From: Candidatus Woesearchaeota archaeon
GTDB lineage: Archaea > Nanobdellota > Nanobdellia > Pacearchaeales > GW2011-AR1
Direction of reading: 5' to 3'
DNA: 64,000 bases
Assembly: GCA_964497435.1 (NCBI GenBank)
Contig: CAZCCD010000001.1
Span: 87,009 to 151,008, forward strand
A program made the translations under genes and the position numbers. Shown here in pieces: positions 48,781-58,900 of the stretch. Each line of letters begins with the position of its first letter. Position 1 is the stretch's first letter. The notes beneath the pieces are model-generated. The model saw only the letters and a program-made list of their open reading frames with translations, made no database searches and was not told the origin of the DNA.

Positions 48781-51700
48781 CTATTCAACTCCAGAAACTT
48801 TAGGAACTGTTTTTGTTGTAGTTGAAGAACTAGAAAAACTAATTAAATAATCATCTTTATTTGGATTATTGTATGTATCTTTACACTTAATATAATAATT
48901 GTAAGTTTTTCCATTTGTCAAGCCAGTTATAATTTGTGTGTGGTTTGTGCTGTTGGTTGTTGTAAAAGTGTTTGTCATTGAATCGTACAAAACATTTGAA
49001 GTTGTTGAATATTTACAAGTTGATATTTCATCTGTTGTTAATGAAATTGTTGTTTGTGTTGTTCCACTTGATAGAGTTCCTGAAGGTTTTCCATTTGACC
49101 TTATTGGAGGAATTGTATCTGCAGGAGTTATATCAATGATTATTCCAGAAGCGGCTAATTCTGACTCAATGTTTTGTAATTCATCTTGTGTGTAAGTTGT
49201 TTGTGTGCCTGAAACTTGGTTAGAACAAATTGGTGCAGGGCCTCCTTTAAATATGCTATTGACTAAATAAATAATATCAGCCGCAGAAATTTTTGTGTCC
49301 CCATTTGCATCAGCTGCCTCTAGTATTTCAGGAGCTTGACCACCTTTAAATATATGGTTGACTAAAAATATTATATCTGCACTCGTAATCCTTCCATCAT
49401 TATTAGCATCTCCGCAATAATCACTAAATCTCATTTCCTCCAAATTATCATTATAGGCACTATCTCCAATCAAACTAGGCCTTATGTAATTTAAATTAGG
49501 CCAATCACTAACCAAGTCAGTAATCTTAAAACTCAAGACAAGAACATTGTCATTTCCTTCAGAAATGCTTTGGAAATTTGTGTTAGAATCATAATTGTAT
49601 AAATGGAATTTCATTGCTTTTTCAGAGGCAGAAATATATATTGGTGAAATAGGATTTGTATTATAAATATTCATTGATGATGCCCTTCCTTGAACACTTG
49701 AGTAATAAGGCTCATAATAATATTTGCTTGAGTCATATCTTAATATAGTCTCTAAACCTACAACTGGAGCATTATTTTCTAAATTAAATGTTATATCAAC
49801 ATAAGGAGCACTTGTCGGTATTGGTTGGCCAATTGAATTAGGATCTCTTCTCCATACAACAGGACTAACTTGATAATCAACAATGGCTTTATTAATTGAT
49901 AACGGAATTTTCTGGCATTGTTGAGAATTTCCATTAACTAAATATTTTTTCATTAATAAATAATCTCCAACATCAACCTTGTTATTTTTGTCAAAATCAT
50001 AATTATCCCAATACTCGAGTGAATTAGTATTTAAATTTTTTAAGGTAATCCAGTATAATTCATTCAAATCATTAGTTGTAAAAGTTTCAAAATCTAAGTC
50101 AACATCTCCGCAATATAAATTAACATCAGTGCAGCTTAATCCATCAGGAGAACAGAATGGAGTATTGGAAGGACAGCCGCAGACATCGCATCTTTGTGGA
50201 AAAGGAGCCAGTTCTCTGTTAACTTTAACAGCGCCTTTTGACATATAATAAGAATGGAAAAGGTTTCCATTTTCATATGTTAATTTATAAAACCCATCAA
50301 GAGTGTCTCTATTATTTGGAAAACACCTTGAACCAGAACATTTGTTATCAGGCCATAAAACTTCCCAATCAGGAGTTTGGTGATTTATACCTAATCCAGA
50401 TAAATAATAATAATCTTTACTCAATCCTTCGGAATCTTCAGCACATTGTGTTGACTGAAATCTTCCTGTAACATGGTTTTTTACAAAATAATGAAAGTAC
50501 ATAATTTTGTGGTAAGATTCTTCTAGTCCAGCATAAGCCCCCCTAATACATGACCAATCATCTCCGGCACATCCAGAAAATGAAACACTACGACAATCAT
50601 CAAATCCAGGCCATCCGCAAAATGCATTAATGCCATCATTCCCATTAGGGTTAGTAACTCCAACTATATTCCAACAATCTCTTAAACAATCACCATTATC
50701 ATTAGGGTCACACATGTGCAAAACATTATCTCCTAATGGGCCATTAGTTTCTCCTCCGAATTGCCTGCTACCACCCGGCAAAATAGAGTATATCCCTCTT
50801 CTCCAATCACCAGGAGGCAAATCATAGTAAACTGGTTTTGGATCAGAGACTATAGCTAAAAGCTCACATGCGTCATTTTCATTTCCTCTGCCTGCTGTTC
50901 TGTAAACACAAACCATTCTCGGCATCTGGTCATGGAATTTGTCTAAACTCTGATAACTAACTTTATGGGATAATAAACTCCCGTCATCATAATTAACTGT
51001 TAGTTTGGCATCATAAAAACATCCTGGGACCTCTGCATCGGTATCAATCTGTCCAAGTATTCCTTCTTCTACCTCCCCCACTCCATTGACGCCAGGAACA
51101 TCTGTCCAAGTCCCTGATAAGTCTTTTCTTTCAATTTTCCAATTAATTACATTCTTGTCGCTTTCACCTGCAGCCCCTTCCACATTTCTTGCCCTTCCGA
51201 AATAATCTGCATCTGTTGTGTCTATAAAAGTGTCTTCTTGTTCTAAAGGATAATTAATCCCATGATATCTCGAGCTTTTAGTTTCATCAGGAAAGAGTTG
51301 TATACATTCCCAATAAGGAATTCCATGTTCTACCCAAAATGCCAGACATATTTCGTTAATATGATCTCTATCTTCATCAACTAAATAATAAAGAAAAGTT
51401 GGATAATCTACTGGGCCGCCAATCCCCCGCATTAATACTCTCATAACTGTTTCTGAAACCTCCTTTCCAGTAAATCCAAGATTTAACATACTATATCTAT
51501 ATCTTGCAAGTGCAATTAAGAGAACATCCCCTCTCAAATGATCTTCTGAAAGCCAAAATTCAGGACTGTCATATCTTGAAGGACCGTATGAAAGTGGAAT
51601 AATATTTAACCCTTCTATTTCCCAAAAAAGATTCAAACTTAAAAATTCTGCTACACCCTCTCGCAACCCCCTAAATTCTGGATCATCATCATAAAAATTC

Positions 51701-53301
51701 CAATTCTCTAAACCCATTAAAGATGCATGTAACATATGCCCCATCTCATGAGAAACTGTAAGTTCATCTAAAGAGAATGGCTCACTCCTCCCTATGCGTT
51801 TAGATATAAGGATTTCTCTATTCTCTGCGTCAGCTGTTCCTGCTGTATCATCATCCTCAAAATCATGGTTTATTTTTATCTGAATGTCTGGCATCATAAA
51901 TATGCTGGGGTTTTCAATATCATGAACATAATAGTTATAAAACTGGGTGGCATAAAATAAAGTTGATGATGCTTCTTTCTTATAAGATTGATCCCCTAAG
52001 AGAGGATCAGAATAGTCAAAGTTATAAGGTGTATCAGGATACATTTTTTCTCCTTCAAGATCACTAACTAACAAGCCGTTATCTGATAATCCAATAACAG
52101 TTACAATCGGCCATGTGTTATCGAAAAGATCTTTATTCCAAGTGCTGAAAGTGAATATAGGAGTTATTTCAATTTCTGTAGAGTCAAATTCAAAATTCCC
52201 CTCTCTATCAGCTGCGGCAAAAGATCTATTACAGTCAATATCAAGATTACATCCAAGTATTTCTGTACAAGGCAATCCATCAATAGAACATATATCTAAG
52301 GTTTTATTATCGTCATTATCACTATCAAAACAATAATTATCTCTGCATGATCTAAGAAAGTATGAATCACAAAACGATCTTTCATCAAACTCAAGGCTCT
52401 CAGAAAGTATACACGACCCATAATCATTGCCATCATCATAAAAAATGCCTATTCTTGGGAATGGCTCTTTTTTAGGCACCCGATTAAGATCTTCATCATA
52501 CCAAAGATATTCTCCTTCTATGCTGCCAGAATAACGGGCATAATTTATTAAATTTTTGATAAGGAGTATCTCTCCTGTATGGGCGTCAACTAAATACATC
52601 AAGCTTATATGTTCTACTTCATAGTCTGGAAGAATTTCCCACACTAAATGATAAGTCGTTAACTCTTTTTCAACCTTAGGATAAATTTTAAGCGCTCCTC
52701 TAGAAGATGAAAAAATATTATTATCATTTTCAACCTCATATTCTTTTACAATCCTTTCAGCTTCTTCCTTTGTTATACTTGGATTTACATCTAGATTTAT
52801 GTTGGGATTAAAATTAGATTCATAAGACCTAAGCTTACTGTCTTTGAATGCTAGTTTGGTGTAGCTTCCCATAACACGAATTCCCTTATATTCTTGATAA
52901 AAATTAACTACACCAAGATCTTCATTAGATAATCTAGCTGGTGGAGAATAATATGCTTTATCTAAAATTATTTTTTCATTGTCAACTTTTAATATTGCTT
53001 TATTGCTTTGAAGAAATTCTCGTGTTGCTTCTTCAAGGTTCTCTTTGTTAATATTAACATTTGTAACAGAAATACCTAGTTTTGAGTAAATTCTGTTGGG
53101 GATTTTTGTTTCCTTATCATACCCAATTTTAACACCTTCTTTTTCTAATGTTTGTTCAAGGCTTGTAGTCCTTTCTATTGAAAAGAAAAATTTTCCTCCT
53201 TCCTTAATAGCCAATCCAGTAAAACCTTTAGTTAGTAAGAATACAATTATGAATACGCCAAGTAAACCTAAGATTAGCAGTCTTTGAGCCTCTTTTCTCA
53301 T
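48781..53301 (-). CDS. Large M4/M36-like metallopeptidase with propeptide, two dockerin-like domains, a cohesin-like domain and an Ig-like domain
   Basis: FYQEYKGIRV (FTP-like), YHLVW...YLVDAHTGEIL (PepSY-like), HEMGH...LREGVAEF, CGDANNDGRITSADII...FKGG x2. Confidence 0.8.
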   Translation of the reverse strand: MRKEAQRLLILGLLGVFIIVFLLTKGFTGLAIKEGGKFFFSIERTTSLEQTLEKEGVKIGYDKETKIPNRIYSKLGISVTNVNINKENLEEATREFLQSNKAILKVDNEKIILDKAYYSPPARLSNEDLGVVNFYQEYKGIRVMGSYTKLAFKDSKLRSYESNFNPNINLDVNPSITKEEAERIVKEYEVENDNNIFSSSRGALKIYPKVEKELTTYHLVWEILPDYEVEHISLMYLVDAHTGEILLIKNLINYARYSGSIEGEYLWYDEDLNRVPKKEPFPRIGIFYDDGNDYGSCILSESLEFDERSFCDSYFLRSCRDNYCFDSDNDDNKTLDICSIDGLPCTEILGCNLDIDCNRSFAAADREGNFEFDSTEIEITPIFTFSTWNKDLFDNTWPIVTVIGLSDNGLLVSDLEGEKMYPDTPYNFDYSDPLLGDQSYKKEASSTLFYATQFYNYYVHDIENPSIFMMPDIQIKINHDFEDDDTAGTADAENREILISKRIGRSEPFSLDELTVSHEMGHMLHASLMGLENWNFYDDDPEFRGLREGVAEFLSLNLFWEIEGLNIIPLSYGPSRYDSPEFWLSEDHLRGDVLLIALARYRYSMLNLGFTGKEVSETVMRVLMRGIGGPVDYPTFLYYLVDEDRDHINEICLAFWVEHGIPYWECIQLFPDETKSSRYHGINYPLEQEDTFIDTTDADYFGRARNVEGAAGESDKNVINWKIERKDLSGTWTDVPGVNGVGEVEEGILGQIDTDAEVPGCFYDAKLTVNYDDGSLLSHKVSYQSLDKFHDQMPRMVCVYRTAGRGNENDACELLAIVSDPKPVYYDLPPGDWRRGIYSILPGGSRQFGGETNGPLGDNVLHMCDPNDNGDCLRDCWNIVGVTNPNGNDGINAFCGWPGFDDCRSVSFSGCAGDDWSCIRGAYAGLEESYHKIMYFHYFVKNHVTGRFQSTQCAEDSEGLSKDYYYLSGLGINHQTPDWEVLWPDNKCSGSRCFPNNRDTLDGFYKLTYENGNLFHSYYMSKGAVKVNRELAPFPQRCDVCGCPSNTPFCSPDGLSCTDVNLYCGDVDLDFETFTTNDLNELYWITLKNLNTNSLEYWDNYDFDKNNKVDVGDYLLMKKYLVNGNSQQCQKIPLSINKAIVDYQVSPVVWRRDPNSIGQPIPTSAPYVDITFNLENNAPVVGLETILRYDSSKYYYEPYYSSVQGRASSMNIYNTNPISPIYISASEKAMKFHLYNYDSNTNFQSISEGNDNVLVLSFKITDLVSDWPNLNYIRPSLIGDSAYNDNLEEMRFSDYCGDANNDGRITSADIIFLVNHIFKGGQAPEILEAADANGDTKISAADIIYLVNSIFKGGPAPICSNQVSGTQTTYTQDELQNIESELAASGIIIDITPADTIPPIRSNGKPSGTLSSGTTQTTISLTTDEISTCKYSTTSNVLYDSMTNTFTTTNSTNHTQIITGLTNGKTYNYYIKCKDTYNNPNKDDYLISFSSSSTTTKTVPKVSGVE

Positions 53302-53349
53302 TAGAAAATATAAAGAACAATATTACTTAAACTTTACTAGGATAAAGAA

Positions 53350-53709
53350 CTATTTTAATTTCCAAGATTTTTCCACTTCTCTCATATCTGGCTTATTTTC
53401 TCTTATTTCTATTTCGAACAACTTAAGTAAACGGCCTGTACGAGCCCTAGCCATTTCTCCCCTAGAATCTGCCTTACCATCTCTATCCTTGTCCCTATAG
53501 AATTCAAATGGTTTTCTAACTCTTTCTCTAATTAGATAAATGGAATTGTCTGAGCCTAATGTAGAATCTGTATAGACAGTATCTCTAGTATGGTTGCTAT
53601 AAGGGGGGACCACTGTTGAATTAGAGACACTAGGTATTATAACCACAGTAGCAAGAGCAACAGCTCTTGCAAACCCCGATTTTCTAAGTCCATAATCATT
53701 GACTCCCAT
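53350..53709 (-). CDS. Small exported hypothetical protein
   Basis: Probable ATG at 53709; hydrophobic stretch; FYRDKDRDGKADSRGE...EI...KP. Confidence 0.55.
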   Translation of the reverse strand: MGVNDYGLRKSGFARAVALATVVIIPSVSNSTVVPPYSNHTRDTVYTDSTLGSDNSIYLIRERVRKPFEFYRDKDRDGKADSRGEMARARTGRLLKLFEIEIRENKPDMREVEKSWKLK

Positions 53710-53800
53710 AGCATGTCTATTAATGTCTGGTTTATAAATCTTTAGAATGTGACTACTTTTAAGGAACAAGGAAGCATATAATTTATGCTCTTTTCATCCA

Positions 53801-54424
53801 TCATCTTAAACTCTTCCTTAATAACCATAAATCTTTTTTAACATTATCGCTGTTCTGGAGATAAGAACCAGTTATGAATAAATTAGCTCCTGCTTCTGCA
53901 GCTTTAGGGGTATTTTCCAGGCCAAGTCCTCCGTCAACCTCTATGTTCAGTTTTGGTTTTAATTTTCTAAGTTGTCTAACTTTTTTTAATGTAAATGGTA
54001 AAAATTTATTCCCATATTTACCAGGATAGACAGTCATAACAAGAACAAGATTTACTTTATTCAAGTATTTTTTAATCTTATTAATTGAAGTTTTAGGATT
54101 AATTGCTATGCCAACTCTTTTTCTTTTGGATTTTATTAGTTTAATTATTTCATCAGGATTTTTCACAGCTTCAATATGGAATATAATTGTGTGAACTCTT
54201 CTAGCATATTTATTTATCCATTTTTCTGGATTAAGCATCATTAAATGAGCTTCATAATTTCCTTTTGGAACTTTAAAATCAAACATTAATGATTTATTCT
54301 TGACAAATTTTCTATCCATGACATCTAGCTGTAAGCGTTTAATATATTTTTTAACTTTTGAAATTCTCTTATTTAACTCTTCCTGATTTTTGGCAATTAT
54401 AGAAGCGATTATTTGCTTTTTCAT
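53801..54424 (-). CDS. rpe: Ribulose-phosphate 3-epimerase
   Basis: LDVMD..FV, EAHLM, FHIE, LVMTVYPG, EVDGG; true start ATG at 54424. Confidence 0.92.
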   Translation of the reverse strand: MKKQIIASIIAKNQEELNKRISKVKKYIKRLQLDVMDRKFVKNKSLMFDFKVPKGNYEAHLMMLNPEKWINKYARRVHTIIFHIEAVKNPDEIIKLIKSKRKRVGIAINPKTSINKIKKYLNKVNLVLVMTVYPGKYGNKFLPFTLKKVRQLRKLKPKLNIEVDGGLGLENTPKAAEAGANLFITGSYLQNSDNVKKDLWLLRKSLR

Positions 54425-54432
54425 TTTATAAG

Positions 54433-54557
54433 GGGAGAGGTCATAAGAACTTTTCGGTTGCTGGATGCATCGAGACAAAAGGCAAAGCCTTTAGCTGCTT
54501 CGCCAAAATGTCAAAGCAAACCAGCTGGAGGTTTCAATTCCGTAGGTTCTTTTTATT
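54433..54557 (+). repeat. Dispersed 125-bp hairpin element, full copy A
   Basis: Identical to 55786-55910; nested stems aagaac/gttctt, gctgg/ccagc, gaca/tgtc, aaaggc-aaa-gccttt. Confidence 0.95.
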
Positions 54558-54625
54558 TTTCATATATTTTAGGAATTATCTTTTATAATCATGAAATCCC
54601 AAGACCCACCAGAAAAGGATTTTGA

Positions 54626-54826
54626 TTAATGATTAGCAGATTCTATAGCCTTTTTTGTATCTTTTAAAAATATGCGGCTTGCCTTAGGAATTTCTATCCC
54701 TATAACGCTTCCGTCTCTTGATAAGTCTATTACAATTCCATTAGGCAGTTCTACACTCTTCCAATATTCTTTATTTTGGAGCCTTACACCAAGGACATCT
54801 TCTTCTTTATCATACCACTGTTCCAT
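54626..54826 (-). CDS. DUF2283-like protein (putative antitoxin)
   Basis: YDKEEDVL...IDLS.DG.VIGIEI..AS. Confidence 0.8.
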   Translation of the reverse strand: MEQWYDKEEDVLGVRLQNKEYWKSVELPNGIVIDLSRDGSVIGIEIPKASRIFLKDTKKAIESANH

Positions 54827-54827
54827 T

Positions 54828-55061
54828 TTAATCTAACCAATATGCAGTTATTATTCTTTTTATACCTTTTCCTTTTTCTCTATAAACAACTTTTAAAACT
54901 CTTCCTGAAGGAAGAATTCTTGTAATAGCGTTAAAAGCGTTTTTCCAATTTTTATCCTTTAATTTTTCAGAATTGTTAATACATATTTCTATTAAATCAT
55001 CTGTGATTTCAGGGCGATATTTCTTTTGTTTTTCCCAATGAAATGAATATTCAATTTTCAT
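54828..55061 (-). CDS. DUF4258/RelE-like putative toxin
   Basis: YSFHW...LKVVY...IITAYW; directly upstream of the DUF2283-like gene. Confidence 0.65.
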   Translation of the reverse strand: MKIEYSFHWEKQKKYRPEITDDLIEICINNSEKLKDKNWKNAFNAITRILPSGRVLKVVYREKGKGIKRIITAYWLD

Positions 55062-55510
55062 CTTTTAGAATCAATCTTCCTCAATCTTCTTTTATGTCTT
55101 TCAACGTTTGAAAAAGGAGTTTTCAACCAGAGTTTTATTGCATTTTTTGTTTGTTTTTCATTCAAAAATCTGGCTCCAAGAGAGAGAATGTTTGCATCAT
55201 TATGTTCTCTTGAAAGTTTTAAGATTTTTGGATTTCCTCCATAATAAAATGCTGCTCTGGCTCCCCTGATTCTATTGGCAGCTATTGCCTCTCCCTGCCC
55301 AGAACCAGCAATGATTATTCCTTTAGAATCTCTGCCTTTAGCTACTTTTTCAGCAAGAGGAATCACAAAATCAGGATAGTCATCATCTTCATGATAAACT
55401 AAAGGCCCGCAATCAACTATCTTGTACTTTTGTTTTTTCAGCCATGCCTTTACTTTTTGTTTAAGATAAAATCCTGCATGATCTCCTGCTAAGTATATCA
55501 CCTTTTTCAT
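55058..55510 (-). CDS. rpiB: Ribose-5-phosphate isomerase B
   Basis: DHAGF.LK, DDYPD, GSGQGE.IAAN, SREHNDANILSLGAR, RH.RR. Confidence 0.93.
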   Translation of the reverse strand: MKKVIYLAGDHAGFYLKQKVKAWLKKQKYKIVDCGPLVYHEDDDYPDFVIPLAEKVAKGRDSKGIIIAGSGQGEAIAANRIRGARAAFYYGGNPKILKLSREHNDANILSLGARFLNEKQTKNAIKLWLKTPFSNVERHKRRLRKIDSKR

Positions 55511-55785
55511 AGAAGAATAAGTAAAAAAGAGTTTATTAATTTAATTAAATTTGTTAACATGACTAATATTCTAACTAAATGCTATATTTTTGACCCCAAT
55601 TTATTATATATTTATTTTTTAAGATACCTAACTTAAACTACCAATTTAACATAAAAATCTAATTATCAATCATTTCCCATAAATTCCCAGTTACACTACC
55701 TACTTTATATTCATAAGGCAAATTTTATATAGTTACACTACCTTTCAAAATTAATTTAAAAGAGGAATAATCCTTATTGTCTTAA

Positions 55786-55910
55786 GGGAGAGGTCATAAG
55801 AACTTTTCGGTTGCTGGATGCATCGAGACAAAAGGCAAAGCCTTTAGCTGCTTCGCCAAAATGTCAAAGCAAACCAGCTGGAGGTTTCAATTCCGTAGGT
55901 TCTTTTTATT
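55786..55910 (+). repeat. Dispersed 125-bp hairpin element, full copy B
   Basis: Identical to 54433-54557; followed by a short duplication ccgtaggttttt. Confidence 0.95.
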
Positions 55911-55927
55911 CCGTAGGTTTTTAAACA

Positions 55928-58900
55928 ATGGTTTATAAAAGATACATAAGAAGAAGGGTTAATGGAAAGCTAAAGCTTTTTGGTCCATATTACTATGAAA
56001 GCAAGAAAGTTGATGGAAAAGTCATTTCAACATACATAGGGCCAAGTGAAAAAGAAAATTTAATTATTTTAAAGCTGAGAACAAGACCCAAAATATTCTT
56101 TTTGTCAGTATCTATAATTGCACTAATAATAATTCTTTTTTTTGTAATAAAATTATTTCCGACAGGAAAAATCTCATCTGAAATACCAAATACTTATTTC
56201 GAAGGAGAGGTTTTATCTGGAAATATAAATCTTATATTGAAAAATGGGGAATTAATTCCTGCTAACACAAAATTAATTATAGACAATGCAGGGGAAATAA
56301 GCGAGTATTCTTTGAGAGAGTTACTGCCAATAGAAGTAACTATAGATAATTTTTATGTTGAAGACAAAGAAATAATAGGTAGTGGAGAAGGCTACGGGAT
56401 AGCTGGAGAAAATCCTGATATTTCTCCCTCTAAAGGTTTTGGGAAAGAATATCTAACTGGAAATCAATTTAATTTACCTATAGATTTATCTAATTTAAAT
56501 ATTGTAGCAAGACAAGGAATTCTAAGAGTAAGTTTTGTATATAATGATATAGAGATTACTTCTGCGACACAAGAAATTGAAATAAAAAAACAAATTAGCA
56601 AGACAGGAATTACAGGAACTGTCCCTGGAGAAAAAGTAAATGAATCAAATATAACTATTCCAATAAATGAACCTGTAATAGAAACAGGGCATGGAGAAGT
56701 AATTGTTAATCAACCTGTAAAATGGACAAAGAAAATAACCCTCGAGAATAAAGGAAATGTGAGAGTTGAAATTCCTGGACAGGCAGAAAATATAGTTGTT
56801 TATAAAATTTCAGAAGATGAAAAAAAAGAAAAAGTATCTGACCAAAAAATAAAAATAACTGCGAAAGCTTCTGCCGAGATAATTCTTGATAAAAACGGAG
56901 AATCATTAATTAAAAGATTTTTCAAAAAAATTATTAACTTCATAACAGGCAAGGTTGTTACTGTGCAGGAAACAAGGGGCGTGAAAGAAGTTTTTGTTGA
57001 TGAGAATGAAAAACAGTATGAAATTGAATATGAAATACCAGGCCCTTATAAAACAGAACAATTAACAGAAAAAGGGAAAATAATTGAAGTTTTAAGCCAG
57101 GATATAAATTATGAGAGTGTTTTAGTGTCAACAGAATTAGATGAAAGCTTAAATGTAAAAAATCCTTCAAGTATTAGAATTCATTGGCAAGAACAAGATG
57201 TCTTAATTAAACCAGAGAAAGTTGAAGATAAAGATTCCAACGGAATTTATGATTATCTTGAATTTATAGCTCCTTACTCAAACCAGATTTTTGAAGTAAT
57301 TGTTATTACAAAAGCAGAGCATCTTGATTCAAATAGGAATTTTATTTCTGATATTTATGAAGAAGTCAAAGAACTTGACGATATTTTCAGCGAGGAAATT
57401 AAAAACAACGAATACGTCAGAGTTACATTTGAACAGAACTTAATGAATGAAAATGATATAACTCTTTTCCCTAAAATTGCATCTGGAGACCCAAGAATAG
57501 AGGTTTATGAAGAAGATAGTGATTTGTTAATTACAGAATTTTCAAATCTAATTGATAATGAGTATAATAAAGTTTTACTTACAAATCTTCAAGGAGAGCA
57601 AGATACATTTGATTTAAAAATTGTTGGTGGAAGTTTATTTTTTGATCATGTTGTTGATCCTCTTGTTAATTTATTTTATGACACCTTTACAGACACTACT
57701 GGAACACTTCTGACATCTCATGCTCCTGATATAGGAACTTCTTGGACACAGGTCTGGACATCTGGTGGAAATCTTGACATTGAGTTCAACCAGCTTCAGC
57801 ATACTGGAACAATAAATGACGGGGGGATAGGAATTGCTAATCCCACCCCAACAAGCAGTAATTATACTGTTTCTGTTCTTTATGCTGTTGCAGATAATCA
57901 GGATGATACCTCAACTTTGGTGTTAAGATGGATTAATGAAAACAACTTCTATTCTTTTAGATGGTCTACTACAGCATCTCAGAGTCTAATAAATAAGAGG
58001 GTTTCTGGAACCTGCACTGTGATTAATTCAACTTGTCCAAGTCCCTCACAAGGACAGACAGTAAGATTTGAGGTTATTGGTAGCCAGTTATCTGTTTATT
58101 ATAATAATATTTTAGCCTGTTCTGTTATTGATACTTCTTTGACTTTAGCTGGCGCCGGAGGAACAGGAGTTGGGGCAACACCTTGCGATACTAATAATGA
58201 TGTAAGCTCTCAGAGACTTGACAATTTTAATATGACTGAAATTGTGGCAGACACAACACCTCCAATAATAAGCAACCCCAATATAAATGACACAGAAATA
58301 AATCAAAATGAATATTTTTGCTTAAATGCAACAGCAACAGATGTTTCTGGAATAAACAGTGTTTTAGCAGAGGTCTGGAATACAACCAACTTTGTTAACT
58401 ACACGATGTCTGATACAGGAAATTCATGTTCTGGAGTTGGAGGAGACGATGTTTACGGGGTTTCAATCCAGGGAATAGCTTTAGGATTGTGGAATTACAA
58501 CAAAGTTTATGCAAATGACACTCTTGGAAATTTAAATGCTTTTGATTTCTCTGATTTAACAATTAATGTGATTGGATTAAACCAGCCTCCAACTGTTAAT
58601 TATGTTCAATCAATTCCATCCCAAATTCCTCTTGAAGGAACAACTAGAACAGTTGTATTTGAAACAAAGGTTTCTGATCCAAATGGAGTTGGTGATATTA
58701 ATAATTCAAAGGTAAGAGTAAACTTTAGCATGCCTGGAGAACAAACAAGATATGGAAATTGTTTATGGAGCAGTGATATAAATTCTATGACAGCAAATTA
58801 TTCCTGCTCTGTTAATATGCTGTATTACGACGCATCTGGAACTTGGAATGTTTCTATTAATGCAACTGATTTATCTGGGGCTTTGGCAGTAAACAATACA

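Noticed and set aside
54425..54625. N-terminal extension of rpe (to 54478) and ORF 54413-54625
   Set aside because: Both read through the non-coding hairpin repeat; rpe motifs begin at ATG 54424.
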